Shown: positions 37,056 to 47,746, counted from the first letter of the stretch. The stretch: 64,000 bases of DNA from Promethearchaeota archaeon (GCA_016839705.1 JAEOTR010000025.1:1-64000), one strand, 5' to 3'. Notes: a model not told the origin generated them from the letters alone. Numbers and translations are program-made.

Positions 37056-38309
37056 TTGGAAATGTCCAAAAAATTAATCCTTAATAAAACTTTCAAATTA
37101 TACGAAGAAGCACTTGGATTAATTCCCGGAGCAATACTTGGAATTAGAAGACCATATAACTTCGTTGAAGGTGAATATCCAATATTCTTTGAGACCGCCA
37201 AAGGGGGAAAGGTGATTGATGTTGATGGAAACGAATATATTGACATGCTGTGCGCCTATGGTCCCATAATAATTGGTCATAGAGAAGAAGAAATTGATAA
37301 CGCGGTCATTACACAAATAAGAGAAAAAGGATTTTGTATGTCCTTAACTCAACCAACGCAAAATCAATTAGCTAAAAAATTAAAACAACTAATACCATGT
37401 GCTGAGAAGATGGTATTTGTTAAGATGGGATCTGATGCTACTACCTCTGCGGTTCGCGTTGCTCGAAGTTATACAAATAGAGTCAAGATTTTACGCTGTG
37501 GTTATCACGGATGGCATGATTGGTGTGTTGAACAGAAAGGTGGGATACCTGAAAAATTATATGAAGATGTCATCGAATTTGAGTACAATAATTTAGAGCA
37601 AGTTAGGCATCTGATGAATGAACATGGTAAAGACGTGGCCGCGATTATTCTTACTCCGATTAACCACCCAGGAGGACACGAAGTAGAAATGCCTAAAAAT
37701 GGATTCTTAGAAGGTATTCGTGAAATTACGGATAATTACGGTTCTCTTCTTATATATGATGAGATCCGTACTGGATTTCGTGTTGATATGGGGGGTTTTC
37801 AGAAAAAATCAGGAGTTATCCCTGATTTGGGAGCTTTTGGTAAAGCAATGGCGAATGGATATCCTATTGGGGTGCTTACTGGGAAGAAGGAATTTATGGA
37901 TGAGTTAGTTGAGAATGTATTTCTCAGTTCTACTTTTTTCCCTAATAGTCTAGCACAAGTTGCAGCTCTTAAAACAATAGAAATAATGGAGCGTGAAAAT
38001 GTATTAGACAATATAAGCGAGAAAGGAAATAAATTTGCTAATACAGTTAAAAATATGATAGAGGATAGCGGTGTCCCCTGTACCTTCTCTGGAGAACCTT
38101 GGATGCCTTATATTACGTTTGACCGCGATCCTGATAATCTTTATAAAAAATTACGAGAAGAATTTTACAGGCAATTAATCCGTCGAAATGTTTTTCTTCA
38201 ACCATTCCATCATGGTTATATTTGTTTCCGACATACTGATGAAGATTTAGAACATGCCGCAGAAATGATTAATGAATCCCTGAACGAATGCAAGAAATTG
38301 ATGAAGTGA
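37056..38309 (+). CDS. kat: Class III PLP aminotransferase (HemL-like), probable 3-aminobutyryl-CoA aminotransferase Kat
   Basis: DVDGNEYID, GYHGWHDW, DEIRTGFR, FGKAMANGYP; first gene of a lysine fermentation cluster lacking kal. Confidence 0.75.
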   Translation: MEMSKKLILNKTFKLYEEALGLIPGAILGIRRPYNFVEGEYPIFFETAKGGKVIDVDGNEYIDMLCAYGPIIIGHREEEIDNAVITQIREKGFCMSLTQPTQNQLAKKLKQLIPCAEKMVFVKMGSDATTSAVRVARSYTNRVKILRCGYHGWHDWCVEQKGGIPEKLYEDVIEFEYNNLEQVRHLMNEHGKDVAAIILTPINHPGGHEVEMPKNGFLEGIREITDNYGSLLIYDEIRTGFRVDMGGFQKKSGVIPDLGAFGKAMANGYPIGVLTGKKEFMDELVENVFLSSTFFPNSLAQVAALKTIEIMERENVLDNISEKGNKFANTVKNMIEDSGVPCTFSGEPWMPYITFDRDPDNLYKKLREEFYRQLIRRNVFLQPFHHGYICFRHTDEDLEHAAEMINESLNECKKLMK

Positions 38310-38317
38310 AAAAGACC

Positions 38318-39505
38318 ATGGTTAGACCACTAGAAGGAATTAAAGTTTTAGATTTGTCAAGAGCACTAGCTGGACCTTACTGTACCATGATGTTAGCAGA
38401 TATGGGCGCGGATGTAATAAAGTTAGAAATGCCTGGGAGAGGAGATGACTCTAGAGCTTGGGGACCACCTTTTGTTGATGGTGAAAGTGCTTATTTTATG
38501 AGTGTTAACCGTAATAAGAAATCTATGACCTTGAACTTGAAAAAAGAGAAAGCTATGGAGATAATTCATAAATTAATTAAACAATCTGATGTTTTACTAG
38601 AAAATTTTCGTCCAGGCACAATGGAAAAGTTGAAGTTAAGCTATGAGGAAGTCAAGAAAATAAACCCAAATATTATATTTTGTAGCATTTCTGGCTTTGG
38701 ACAGGATGGTCCCTATCGATTATTACCCGGTATGGATCAAGTATTACAAGGCATGGGAGGATTGATGAGTATCACAGGGGAACCTAATGGGCCCCCCATG
38801 AAGGTTGGAGTAGCTGTTGCTGATATTGCTGGTGGAATGTTCGCTGCATATGGTATTCTAGTGGCTCTATTTAATAGGGAAAAAAAAGATGAAGGACAAT
38901 CAATAGATCTAAGTTTATTAGATTGTCAAATTGCTTGGTTAACTTATCGAGCGGGCTCATATTTTGCTTCCGGAGAGATTCCTAAACCGTTAGGCTCCGG
39001 TCATCCTGTGATTGTACCTTATCAAGCATTTAAAGCGAAAGATGGTTATGTTAATATTGCAGCTGGTAATGACCAGTTATGGCAAAAATTTTGTAAAGCA
39101 GCTGGATTGGAAAATATAATGAATAAAAAAAGCTTTGCTACTAATGAAGTACGGGTTGAAAATAGAGAAGAATTAATAGAAATTATAGGAAAAGTGATAA
39201 GTACCAAGGATTCTGAAGAATGGCTCAAAATTTTAACTGATGCGGGTGTTCCTTGTGGACCAATCTTTAATATGGAAAAGATTTTTAGTGATCCTCAAGT
39301 ACTACATAGGGAAATGGTAAAAGAACTTGATCATAAAACAGCAGGAAAGGTAAAGGTAACTGGTATACCAATCAAATTATCGAAAACCCCTGGTGAATTA
39401 TTAACAGCACCTCCCGTTTTAGGACAGCATACAATTGAAATCCTCTCGGACTTAGGATATAATGAAGATGCAATTAAGGAATATTATCAAGATAACGTTA
39501 TTTAA
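38318..39505 (+). CDS. Family III (CaiB/BaiF) CoA-transferase
   Basis: PLEGIKVLDLSRALAGP, NRNKKS, ENFRPG, SISGFGQDGP, D..GG; ATG 38318 preferred to 38288. Confidence 0.92.
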   Translation: MVRPLEGIKVLDLSRALAGPYCTMMLADMGADVIKLEMPGRGDDSRAWGPPFVDGESAYFMSVNRNKKSMTLNLKKEKAMEIIHKLIKQSDVLLENFRPGTMEKLKLSYEEVKKINPNIIFCSISGFGQDGPYRLLPGMDQVLQGMGGLMSITGEPNGPPMKVGVAVADIAGGMFAAYGILVALFNREKKDEGQSIDLSLLDCQIAWLTYRAGSYFASGEIPKPLGSGHPVIVPYQAFKAKDGYVNIAAGNDQLWQKFCKAAGLENIMNKKSFATNEVRVENREELIEIIGKVISTKDSEEWLKILTDAGVPCGPIFNMEKIFSDPQVLHREMVKELDHKTAGKVKVTGIPIKLSKTPGELLTAPPVLGQHTIEILSDLGYNEDAIKEYYQDNVI

Positions 39506-39543
39506 TTTATTCGAGTTTTAAAAAACCACAAGGATGAAATATT

Positions 39544-40368
39544 ATGGAAAAACTTATTATTACAGCTGCTATTTGCGGAGCAGAAGTTACTAAAGAACAT
39601 AATAATAATGTACCTTATACTGTAGATGAAATCGGACGAGAGGCAGAAGCTGCATATAATGCAGGTGCGAGTATAATCCATCTACATGTGAGAGAAGATG
39701 ATGGAACACCAACTCAAAATAAGGAGAGATTTAGAAAGTGTATTGAAGAAGTGAAAAAAAGGTGCCCAGATGTTATTATTCAACCCTCTACAGGGGGAGC
39801 AATTGGTATGACAAATGAGGATAGATTGCAGCCTATTTACTTAGAACCTCCTCCTGAAATGGCAACCTTAGATTGTGGAACCATGAATTTCGGAGGAGAT
39901 GAAATCTTCGTAAACACTGAAAATACAATTATTTTTTTCGCAGAAGAAATGAACAAGAGAAATATTAAATATGAGCTAGAATGTTTTGATAAGGGAATGA
40001 TTGATATGGTCTTACGATTAAACAAAAAAGGACATATTAAAGAGCCAATGCATTTCAATTTTGTACTTGGGGTGATTGGAGGAATAAGTGCTTCACCCCG
40101 AGATTTAAATTTTCTTATAGGAAGTATACCAGAAGGTTCTACCTATACAGTGTGCGCAGTTGGGAGACATGAATTTCCGATGGTATCATTATCTATTGAA
40201 AAAGGAGGTCACGCTAGAGTAGGCTTTGAAGATAACATATATCTCGCTAAAGAGGTATTAGCAAAATCAAATGGAGAATTAGTAGAAAAAGTTGTGAGGA
40301 TTGCAAACAAATTCGGAAGAGTTATTGCTTCTCCAAATGAAGCACGTAAGATCCTAAGTATATTATAA
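39544..40368 (+). CDS. kce: 3-keto-5-aminohexanoate cleavage enzyme
   Basis: MEKLIITAAICGAE, IHLHVR, QPSTGGA, PEMATLDCGT, RVGFEDN. Confidence 0.93.
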   Translation: MEKLIITAAICGAEVTKEHNNNVPYTVDEIGREAEAAYNAGASIIHLHVREDDGTPTQNKERFRKCIEEVKKRCPDVIIQPSTGGAIGMTNEDRLQPIYLEPPPEMATLDCGTMNFGGDEIFVNTENTIIFFAEEMNKRNIKYELECFDKGMIDMVLRLNKKGHIKEPMHFNFVLGVIGGISASPRDLNFLIGSIPEGSTYTVCAVGRHEFPMVSLSIEKGGHARVGFEDNIYLAKEVLAKSNGELVEKVVRIANKFGRVIASPNEARKILSIL

Positions 40369-40398
40369 TTAAACTAACCATAAAAATAAAGGGTAGGT

Positions 40399-41106
40399 AT
40401 GTATAAAGAATTAGCTAAATATTATGATTTGATTTATTCTTGGAAGGATTATAAAAAGGAAACTGTTAAGATTAATAAATTAATTAAAAAATATAAGAAT
40501 TCGGATGGAAATAAACTTCTAGATGTAGCATGTGGAACAGGAAAACACCTAAAATATTTTAAAAAAAACTTCTCATGTTCAGGTATTGATTTAAATGAAG
40601 AAGTGATAGATATTGCTAAGACTAATGTAAGGGATGTGTCATTTAACCAGGCAGATATGATAAATTTCAATTTGAATGATACTGTTGATATAATAATCTG
40701 TCTATTTAGCTCAATCGGATATGTTAAAACCTATGATAACTTAGAAAAAACGATTAGGAACTTCGCAGATCATTTAAAAACTGGTGGAATAGCAATTATA
40801 GAACCTTGGTTTACTAAATCTACATATACGGTAGGCTATCCCGGGATGACAACTTATAATGGAGAAGATATTAAAATTGCGAGATTAAACACAACAAAAT
40901 TAGAAAATAATCTTTCAGTTATGGAGATGCATTATTTAATCGTCGAAAGAGATAAAGATGTTAAATATTTTGTTGATAGGCATGAAGTAGGACTTTTTGA
41001 AATCGATAAATTTTTAGAAATCATGAACAATTCTGGATTTAAAGCAGAATTTTTAAAAGATGGATTAATGAAAGATAGAGGTTTGTACATCGGTATAAAA
41101 TCTTAA
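40399..41106 (+). CDS. Class I SAM-dependent methyltransferase (resembles amino-sugar N-methyltransferases)
   Basis: LLDVACGTGKH, CLFSSIGY, IIEPWF. Confidence 0.85.
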   Translation: MYKELAKYYDLIYSWKDYKKETVKINKLIKKYKNSDGNKLLDVACGTGKHLKYFKKNFSCSGIDLNEEVIDIAKTNVRDVSFNQADMINFNLNDTVDIIICLFSSIGYVKTYDNLEKTIRNFADHLKTGGIAIIEPWFTKSTYTVGYPGMTTYNGEDIKIARLNTTKLENNLSVMEMHYLIVERDKDVKYFVDRHEVGLFEIDKFLEIMNNSGFKAEFLKDGLMKDRGLYIGIKS

Positions 41107-41118
41107 AAATTATTAAAA

Positions 41119-42174
41119 GTGGAGATTATAATGAAAAAAGGAAATAGATATGGTACACATAGAGTTATTGAGCCTGTAGGAACACTTCCACAACCTGCCA
41201 TAAAAATATCAAATGACATGGAAATATTCGATAATGAAATTTTAATAGATGTGGATTATTTGAATATTGATTCAGCGAGTTTCATGCAGCTCAAAGAAGA
41301 GGCGAAAGGAGATATCGAAAAGGTAAAAGCAAAAATAATAGAAATTGTAAATAATAGAGGTAAAATGCAAAATCCTGTTACTGGCTCTGGTGGAATGCTT
41401 ATAGGAAATGTAGAGAAAGTAGGTGATTCAATAAAAGGAAAGGTCAAGATAAAGGAAGGAGACAAGATTGCTACATTAGTTTCATTATCACTCACACCCC
41501 TTCGAATTGATAAAATTATTGACATAAAACCTGACATCGATAGGGTCGAAATTGAAGGGAAGGCAATTCTTTTTGAAAGTGGAATATATACTAAACTTCC
41601 AGATGATATGGATTCTACTTTGGCATTAGCTGCGTTAGATGTAGCAGGCGCCCCAGCTCAGGTTAAACATTTAGTGAAAACTGGTGATACTGTGTTGATT
41701 TTAGGTGCAACAGGTAAATCTGGATTAATGTGTTCCTATATTGCTAAAAAACTTGCTGGTGATAAAGGAAAAGTTATTGGTCAAGCAAGGAATGAAACTC
41801 GAGCAGAATTTCTTAGAAACACAGACTTTTGTGACGAAATTATTATTGCTGATGTATTAAAACCTACAGACGTGTTAGAAAAAACACTAGAAAGTAATAA
41901 CGGAAAAGAAGTAGATCTTACCATCAATTGTTTAAGCATACCAAATACAGAGATGTCGAGTATTCTTCCAGTTCGAGATGGGGGAATAGTATATTTTTTC
42001 TCGATGGCGACTAGCTTTACTAAAGCCGCTTTAGGAGCTGAGGGTGTAGGAAAAGACGTAACAATGATTATCGGTAATGGTTATACAAAAAATCACGATC
42101 AAATAGCGTTAAATGTCCTAAGGGAATCTAAGGTTTTAAGAAAAATATTCGAAGAAAAATATACAAAGAAATAA
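41119..42174 (+). CDS. kdd: L-erythro-3,5-diaminohexanoate dehydrogenase
   Basis: YGTHRVIEP.G.LPQPA, NPVTGSGGML, LDVAGAPAQ, FSMATSF; ATG at 41131 is an alternative start. Confidence 0.93.
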   Translation: MEIIMKKGNRYGTHRVIEPVGTLPQPAIKISNDMEIFDNEILIDVDYLNIDSASFMQLKEEAKGDIEKVKAKIIEIVNNRGKMQNPVTGSGGMLIGNVEKVGDSIKGKVKIKEGDKIATLVSLSLTPLRIDKIIDIKPDIDRVEIEGKAILFESGIYTKLPDDMDSTLALAALDVAGAPAQVKHLVKTGDTVLILGATGKSGLMCSYIAKKLAGDKGKVIGQARNETRAEFLRNTDFCDEIIIADVLKPTDVLEKTLESNNGKEVDLTINCLSIPNTEMSSILPVRDGGIVYFFSMATSFTKAALGAEGVGKDVTMIIGNGYTKNHDQIALNVLRESKVLRKIFEEKYTKK

Positions 42175-42266
42175 TGAACTAATTTAATTCTTCTAATTAA
42201 ACAATATTTTTAGCTTTTGAAACATTACTAATTATTAGATTAAAATACACTTGTAGGTTTGTTGTT

Positions 42267-43505
42267 ATGAAAGTTAATAGACGTAAAGATTTATTTTCTC
42301 ATATAAGCGATGAGGAATGGAATGATTGGCGTTGGCAAGTTAAAAATAGAATAACCACGTTTGAAGAGTTAAGAAAATATCTTAAATTAACTGAGGAAGA
42401 AGATGATCCTCGTTTATTGAAAGAATACCGCATGGCAATTACACCCTATTATTTAACTTTAATTGACCCAGATGATCCTTATGATCCTGTCAGAAAACAA
42501 GCAATTCCAACCGTTCATGAATTAGAAAGATACACTGGGGACCTTGAAGATCCTTTAAGCGAGGATGTTGATTCCCCTGTTGAGGGATTAACCCATCGTT
42601 ATCCAGATAGAGTATTGTTTTTAGTTACTGAAGTTTGTTCAATGTATTGTCGACACTGTACTAGAAGAAGATTCGCAGGTCATCATGATATGGCACCACC
42701 TCAACCACAAATTGATGCTTGCATTGAGTATATCAGAAATACTCCTTCTATCAGAGATGTGCTCTTATCTGGTGGAGATGCATTATTAATCTCTGATAAG
42801 AACCTCGAAGATATTTTACAAAAATTAAAAGAAATACCGCATGTAGAAATAATCCGGATAGGTTCAAGAGCCCCTGTTACAAATCCATTCCGAATAACGC
42901 CAGAATTATGTAAAATACTTAAAAATTATCAACCTATTTGGTTTAACACACATTTTAATCATGCGAATGAAATTACAGACGATTCAACAAAAGCATGTGA
43001 AATGCTAGCTGATGCGGGGATTCCGATGGGAAATCAATCTGTTCTTTTAAGAGGTGTCAATGATTGTATTCATGTAATGAAAAATTTAGTACAGGGATTA
43101 GTAAAAATTCGAGTTAGACCTTATTATCTTTATCAATGTGATCTTTCTATAGGACTAGGACATTTTAGAACCAGCGTTGCTCAAGGTATTGAAATTATTG
43201 AAGGGTTAAGAGGACATACGTCTGGGTTATGTGTACCGACATTTGTAGTTGATGCTCCTGGAGGTGGTGGTAAAATCCCCGTCATGCCAGATTATACAAT
43301 TTCTCAAGGAAACACTCGAGTTGTTTTGCGAAATTTTGAGGGAGTTATAACAACTTATGAGGAACCAAACGATTATATTCCAATTTGCCATTGCGAAGAC
43401 TGTGAAAAACAAATTGGGGTTAGTGCTTTATTAAGTGGGCAAAAAATGACAATTGAACCTGAAGATATGGTCAGAAAATTAAGAAGGAAGAAACTGAGTA
43501 AATAA
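42267..43505 (+). CDS. kamA: Lysine 2,3-aminomutase (radical SAM, PLP)
   Basis: [42 protein letters not shown]. Confidence 0.96.
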   Translation: MKVNRRKDLFSHISDEEWNDWRWQVKNRITTFEELRKYLKLTEEEDDPRLLKEYRMAITPYYLTLIDPDDPYDPVRKQAIPTVHELERYTGDLEDPLSEDVDSPVEGLTHRYPDRVLFLVTEVCSMYCRHCTRRRFAGHHDMAPPQPQIDACIEYIRNTPSIRDVLLSGGDALLISDKNLEDILQKLKEIPHVEIIRIGSRAPVTNPFRITPELCKILKNYQPIWFNTHFNHANEITDDSTKACEMLADAGIPMGNQSVLLRGVNDCIHVMKNLVQGLVKIRVRPYYLYQCDLSIGLGHFRTSVAQGIEIIEGLRGHTSGLCVPTFVVDAPGGGGKIPVMPDYTISQGNTRVVLRNFEGVITTYEEPNDYIPICHCEDCEKQIGVSALLSGQKMTIEPEDMVRKLRRKKLSK

Positions 43506-43551
43506 TTTTTTGATATCCCGAATTAAATGATTAAGCAAAAATCAAAAGATT

Positions 43552-44172
43552 TTATAGATCAATGACTATGAAGTCATTATCTCCAAGTAATTTTACTTCA
43601 TTCCTGGTATTTTTAATATATTTTTCAAGAAATTTCATGTGAGAGGATTCAGAGTAGTGAGCACAAATTTCGAAATTTACAATGCCTAATCCTGTAAAAT
43701 CTCTCATTTCATCTTGAGTCATATATTTTTTACCACCAGGATAATTATCATTAAATAATTTAGCAATTTCTAATGTTGGTGTGAGTACATAAGCACCTGC
43801 GCTATAACCTGCCAAAATGAATCCCTCCTTTTTTGTAAACTCTGTAATAGAAGCATCTAATCTTGATTTGCGCAAGTTAATTAACAATTGAAATGGATCC
43901 CCCCCAGATATTATTAAAATATTAGAATTTTTGAGCTTTTCCTCTTCATTAGGTATATCTATAGCAGAATTATCAACATAATCAAGATTCACATTGAATT
44001 CATTTGCAAAACAATCCCAATCATCAAAAAACTGTTGTGGAGTATTTGCTATCCCTTGTGAGGGCATAAAAAGTGGGTGTTTATTTTTCATAGATGTTGG
44101 GAATATTAAACTCAAAATTTCCTGAAAGTTTTCATTGTTATAAGGCGTCGAAAATAAAACAATTCTCTTCAT
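43552..44172 (-). CDS. Peptidase E (S51) / type 1 glutamine amidotransferase-like protein
   Basis: SGGDPFQL, GYSAGA, GLGIVNF...AHY. Confidence 0.78.
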   Translation of the reverse strand: MKRIVLFSTPYNNENFQEILSLIFPTSMKNKHPLFMPSQGIANTPQQFFDDWDCFANEFNVNLDYVDNSAIDIPNEEEKLKNSNILIISGGDPFQLLINLRKSRLDASITEFTKKEGFILAGYSAGAYVLTPTLEIAKLFNDNYPGGKKYMTQDEMRDFTGLGIVNFEICAHYSESSHMKFLEKYIKNTRNEVKLLGDNDFIVIDL

Positions 44173-44254
44173 TTTCTTGATAATCTCCTTAGTAAATTGC
44201 TAAGAAGAATAGTTTCCTTAAAAGCCTTTGGTAGCTGAATGTATCAAATAATTT

Positions 44255-45355
44255 ATGATTAAGTTAAAATTTAAGGAAATAAGAATTATCATTATTAATT
44301 CAATTATTTCTTGCATGAAAATGGACTTATTTATAGACTATTTCACTAAAATTGAGACACCAAAAGTAATCTCAATAATAGGTCTTGCAAAAAATGTTTC
44401 TAAAACAACGACTCTGAATTATATTATAAGAAATATCAATGAAAGTTATGTTCTAGGTCTCACTTCAATTGGGAGAGATGGTGAAAAGTATGATGTCATC
44501 ACGGATTTACCAAAACCCCAAATTTACATAAAGTATGGAACTTATGTAGTCACTGCTAGGCAGTGTTTTGAGGAGAGTAAAATAAAGTTCGAAGTTATTA
44601 AATCTACTGGGTTTAATACACCCCTAGGAGAGATTCTGATCTTAAAGGCACAAGCAAATGGATATATTGAATTAGCAGGGCCTTCCATAAATAACCAATT
44701 AAAAAAAATCTGTACAGATCTAAAAAACTTAGGTTGCGATCTTATACTATTGGATGGAGCATTTGATAGAAGATCCTATTCAACGCCTTTAATCTCAGAT
44801 GCTACAATTATCTCGACAGGAGCCTCTGTATCAAGAAATATGAAAGAAGTAATAGATTTAACGGTTCATACCATTAAATTACTAAATTTAGAGCAAGAAT
44901 TGGATAAAAAAATTTTAAAATCCTCTGAAAAAATAATAGGAAAATTTAAAATAGGTACTATAAGTAAAACTAATTCAATTGAGATTTTAAAGGTCGCAAC
45001 AGCGTTAGATTCAGCTCAATATATAATTGATAGTATAGATGAAGATTCAAATTACATTGTAATAAGTGGTGCTATTACAGATAAATTTTTGGAAGACTTA
45101 ATGAGATCTACTCAAAAGTATAAGGGTCTCACCTTTTTAGTTAGTGATTCGACAAAATTGTTTTTAAGCGAGAAGATTTTGGAGAAATTCCAAAAGAAGG
45201 GAGGAATCATAAAAGTTTTAAATCCTATAAAAATTATCGCAGTGACAATAAATCCGACATCCCCAAATGGATATGAATTTGATAAAGATGTATTTTTAAA
45301 ATCATTAGCTGAAGAACTTAAGATCCCTGTCTATAACCTTGGAGTTAATGATTAA
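44255..45355 (+). CDS. kamB: KamB-like lysine 5,6-aminomutase accessory protein
   Basis: SIIGLAKNVSKTTTLN, LTSIGRDGE, DGAFDR, TINPTSP; directly upstream of kamD; start may be ATG 44315. Confidence 0.7.
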   Translation: MIKLKFKEIRIIIINSIISCMKMDLFIDYFTKIETPKVISIIGLAKNVSKTTTLNYIIRNINESYVLGLTSIGRDGEKYDVITDLPKPQIYIKYGTYVVTARQCFEESKIKFEVIKSTGFNTPLGEILILKAQANGYIELAGPSINNQLKKICTDLKNLGCDLILLDGAFDRRSYSTPLISDATIISTGASVSRNMKEVIDLTVHTIKLLNLEQELDKKILKSSEKIIGKFKIGTISKTNSIEILKVATALDSAQYIIDSIDEDSNYIVISGAITDKFLEDLMRSTQKYKGLTFLVSDSTKLFLSEKILEKFQKKGGIIKVLNPIKIIAVTINPTSPNGYEFDKDVFLKSLAEELKIPVYNLGVND

Positions 45356-45369
45356 ATAAATAAGATTAT

Positions 45370-46950
45370 GTGAAAATCATGATGGAAAAAGAAAGTAAGT
45401 TAAATTTAGATTTTTCAATTGTAATTAAAGCAAGAGAATCAGCAAAAAATATTGCATTAGATACTCAAAAATTCATAGATCAATACACCACTATTACAGT
45501 TGAAAGGACTGTATGTAGATTATTTGGTATTGACGGTGTAGATGAATTTGACGTTCCCTTGCCAAATGTTGTGGTTGATAGTATAAAAAACGACATAGCA
45601 ATTGGCGCAGCAATCCATATTGGAAACGCTATATTGCATATCAACCTTACACCTCAAGAAATTGCTGAAAAAGTTAGTAGGAGCGAATTAGATTTACTTA
45701 GTTTACCATTAAAAGACATTTCTGAGATTAAAACTAAAATTAATTCCATTGTTCAGGAAAAATTACGTCAAATTTCTCAAAATAAAAGCAAAAGAAATGA
45801 ATTAATTAATAAGTATGGAGAAAAGGATGGTCCCCTTATTTATGTTATTGTCGCAACAGGTAATATTTATGAAGACATTATCCAAGCTCAAGCAGCAGCG
45901 CGTCAAGGTGCAGATGTAATCGCAGTAATTAGATCTACAGTACAAAGCTTACTTGATTATGTTCCTTATGGTGCTACAACTGAAGGTTTTGGAGGGACTT
46001 ATGCGACTCAAGAGAACTTTCGACTAATGAGAAAAGCATTGGATGAGGTTAGTGAAGAATTAGGACGATATATTAGACTGACCAATTACTGCTCTGGCTT
46101 ATGTATGCCAGAAATTGCTGTAATGGGTGCTTTTGAAAGACTAGATATGATGCTAAATGATGCTTTATACGGAATTTTATTCCGTGACATCAATATGAAG
46201 AGAACGATTGTTGATCAATATTTTTCGAGAATGATAAATGCTTATGCAGGAATTATCATTAATACCGGTGAGGATAATTATTTAACCACGGCTGATGCAT
46301 ATGAATCGGCGCACACTGTTATTGCTTCTGAATTTATTAATGAACAATTTGCCTTACTTGCAGGATTAAGAGAAGAACTTATGGGTCTAGGACACGCCTT
46401 TGAAATGAATCCCGATTTGGAAAATGGCTTTTTATATGAACTTGCACAAGCTCAAATGGTAAGAGAAATTTTTCCGAACGCACCTCTTAAATACATGCCT
46501 CCGACGAAATATATGACTGGAAATATCTTTAAGGGGCATATTCAAGACGCTTTATTTAATATAATTACAATCATGACTAACCAACGAATCCATCTCTTGG
46601 GCATGTTGACAGAGGCTATACACACTCCCTTTATAGCTGATAGAGCATTATCAATAGAAAATGCGAAATATATTTTTAATAACCTGAAATCCCTGAGTGA
46701 AGAAATTACGTTTAAGAAAGGCGGTTTAATAGAAAAACGAGCTAACGAAGTTCTTAATAGTGCTTATAATTTGCTAAAGCAAATTGAAAAACAGGGACTA
46801 TTTACAACTATTGAAAAAGGCATTTTTGCGAATATTAAGAGATCCCCAGATGGTGGAAAAGGAGTGGAAGGAGTGATTCGAAAAAATAAGGACTATTATA
46901 ATCCATTTATGGATATTATGATTAATGAATTAAGAAAAGGAGGGAGTTAA
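45370..46950 (+). CDS. kamD: D-lysine/beta-lysine 5,6-aminomutase alpha subunit
   Basis: TVERTVCRLFGIDG, YVIVATGNIYED, NYCSGLCMPEIA, PLKYMPPTK. Confidence 0.95.
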   Translation: MKIMMEKESKLNLDFSIVIKARESAKNIALDTQKFIDQYTTITVERTVCRLFGIDGVDEFDVPLPNVVVDSIKNDIAIGAAIHIGNAILHINLTPQEIAEKVSRSELDLLSLPLKDISEIKTKINSIVQEKLRQISQNKSKRNELINKYGEKDGPLIYVIVATGNIYEDIIQAQAAARQGADVIAVIRSTVQSLLDYVPYGATTEGFGGTYATQENFRLMRKALDEVSEELGRYIRLTNYCSGLCMPEIAVMGAFERLDMMLNDALYGILFRDINMKRTIVDQYFSRMINAYAGIIINTGEDNYLTTADAYESAHTVIASEFINEQFALLAGLREELMGLGHAFEMNPDLENGFLYELAQAQMVREIFPNAPLKYMPPTKYMTGNIFKGHIQDALFNIITIMTNQRIHLLGMLTEAIHTPFIADRALSIENAKYIFNNLKSLSEEITFKKGGLIEKRANEVLNSAYNLLKQIEKQGLFTTIEKGIFANIKRSPDGGKGVEGVIRKNKDYYNPFMDIMINELRKGGS

Positions 46951-46951
46951 A

Positions 46952-47746
46952 ATGGGTGGCGGATTATATTCGACTGAAAAGAAGGATTTTGACGAAAAAT
47001 TAGATTTGACAAGAATTAAACCTTATGGGGATACTATGAATGATGGGAAAGTGCAAATAAGCTTCACACTACCTATTGAAGATAACGAAAAAGCAGTAGT
47101 AGCAGCTAAAGAGTTGGCAAATAAGATGGGATTAAAAGATCCCGAAGTAGCTTATCATACAGCTTTAGATAAGGGATTCACCTTCTTTGTAGTTTATGGA
47201 AAATCACTCCATTCAATTGATTACACTAAAATTCAAATAGATGCAGTAGAAGTAGATGTCATGTCGAAAGAAGAGATAAATCATTATATTCAGGATAAAA
47301 TTGGACGAAAATTAGTGATTCTTGGAGCTTCTACAGGCACAGATGCTCATACTGTAGGAATTGATGCAATTATGAATATGAAGGGTTTTGCAGGTCATTA
47401 TGGTCTTGAACATTATGAAATGATCGAAGCTATTAACCTTGGTAGTCAAGTAACGAATGAAGAATTTGTTAAAAAAGCTATAGAACTTAAAGCAGATGTT
47501 TTGCTTGTTTCACAAACGGTTACCCAGAAAAATATACATTTAACTAACTTAACTCAATTAGTTGACCTTTTAGAAGCTGAAGGAATAAGAGAGCATATTA
47601 TTTTAATTTGTGGTGGAGCTAGGATAGATAATGAATTAGCAAAAGAATTAGGATATGATGCTGGGTTTGGACCGGGTAGTTATGCTGAAATTGTCGCATC
47701 TTTTTTTATTAGAGAGTATGTAAGCAGAATGGAATTAAGCAAATAA
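46952..47746 (+). CDS. kamE: Lysine 5,6-aminomutase beta subunit (B12-binding)
   Basis: KPYGDTMNDGKVQ, DAHTVGIDAIMNMKG cobalamin/PLP motif, GYDAGFG. Confidence 0.95.
   Translation: MGGGLYSTEKKDFDEKLDLTRIKPYGDTMNDGKVQISFTLPIEDNEKAVVAAKELANKMGLKDPEVAYHTALDKGFTFFVVYGKSLHSIDYTKIQIDAVEVDVMSKEEINHYIQDKIGRKLVILGASTGTDAHTVGIDAIMNMKGFAGHYGLEHYEMIEAINLGSQVTNEEFVKKAIELKADVLLVSQTVTQKNIHLTNLTQLVDLLEAEGIREHIILICGGARIDNELAKELGYDAGFGPGSYAEIVASFFIREYVSRMELSK

Noticed and set aside
37056-38309. Annotation as hemL (tetrapyrrole synthesis)
   Set aside because: No hem genes nearby, and its position in a kal-less lysine cluster favours Kat
42267-43505. kamA as EpmB or as the osmolyte gene ablA
   Set aside because: No epmA/efp or ablB adjacent, and the downstream fermentation enzymes are present
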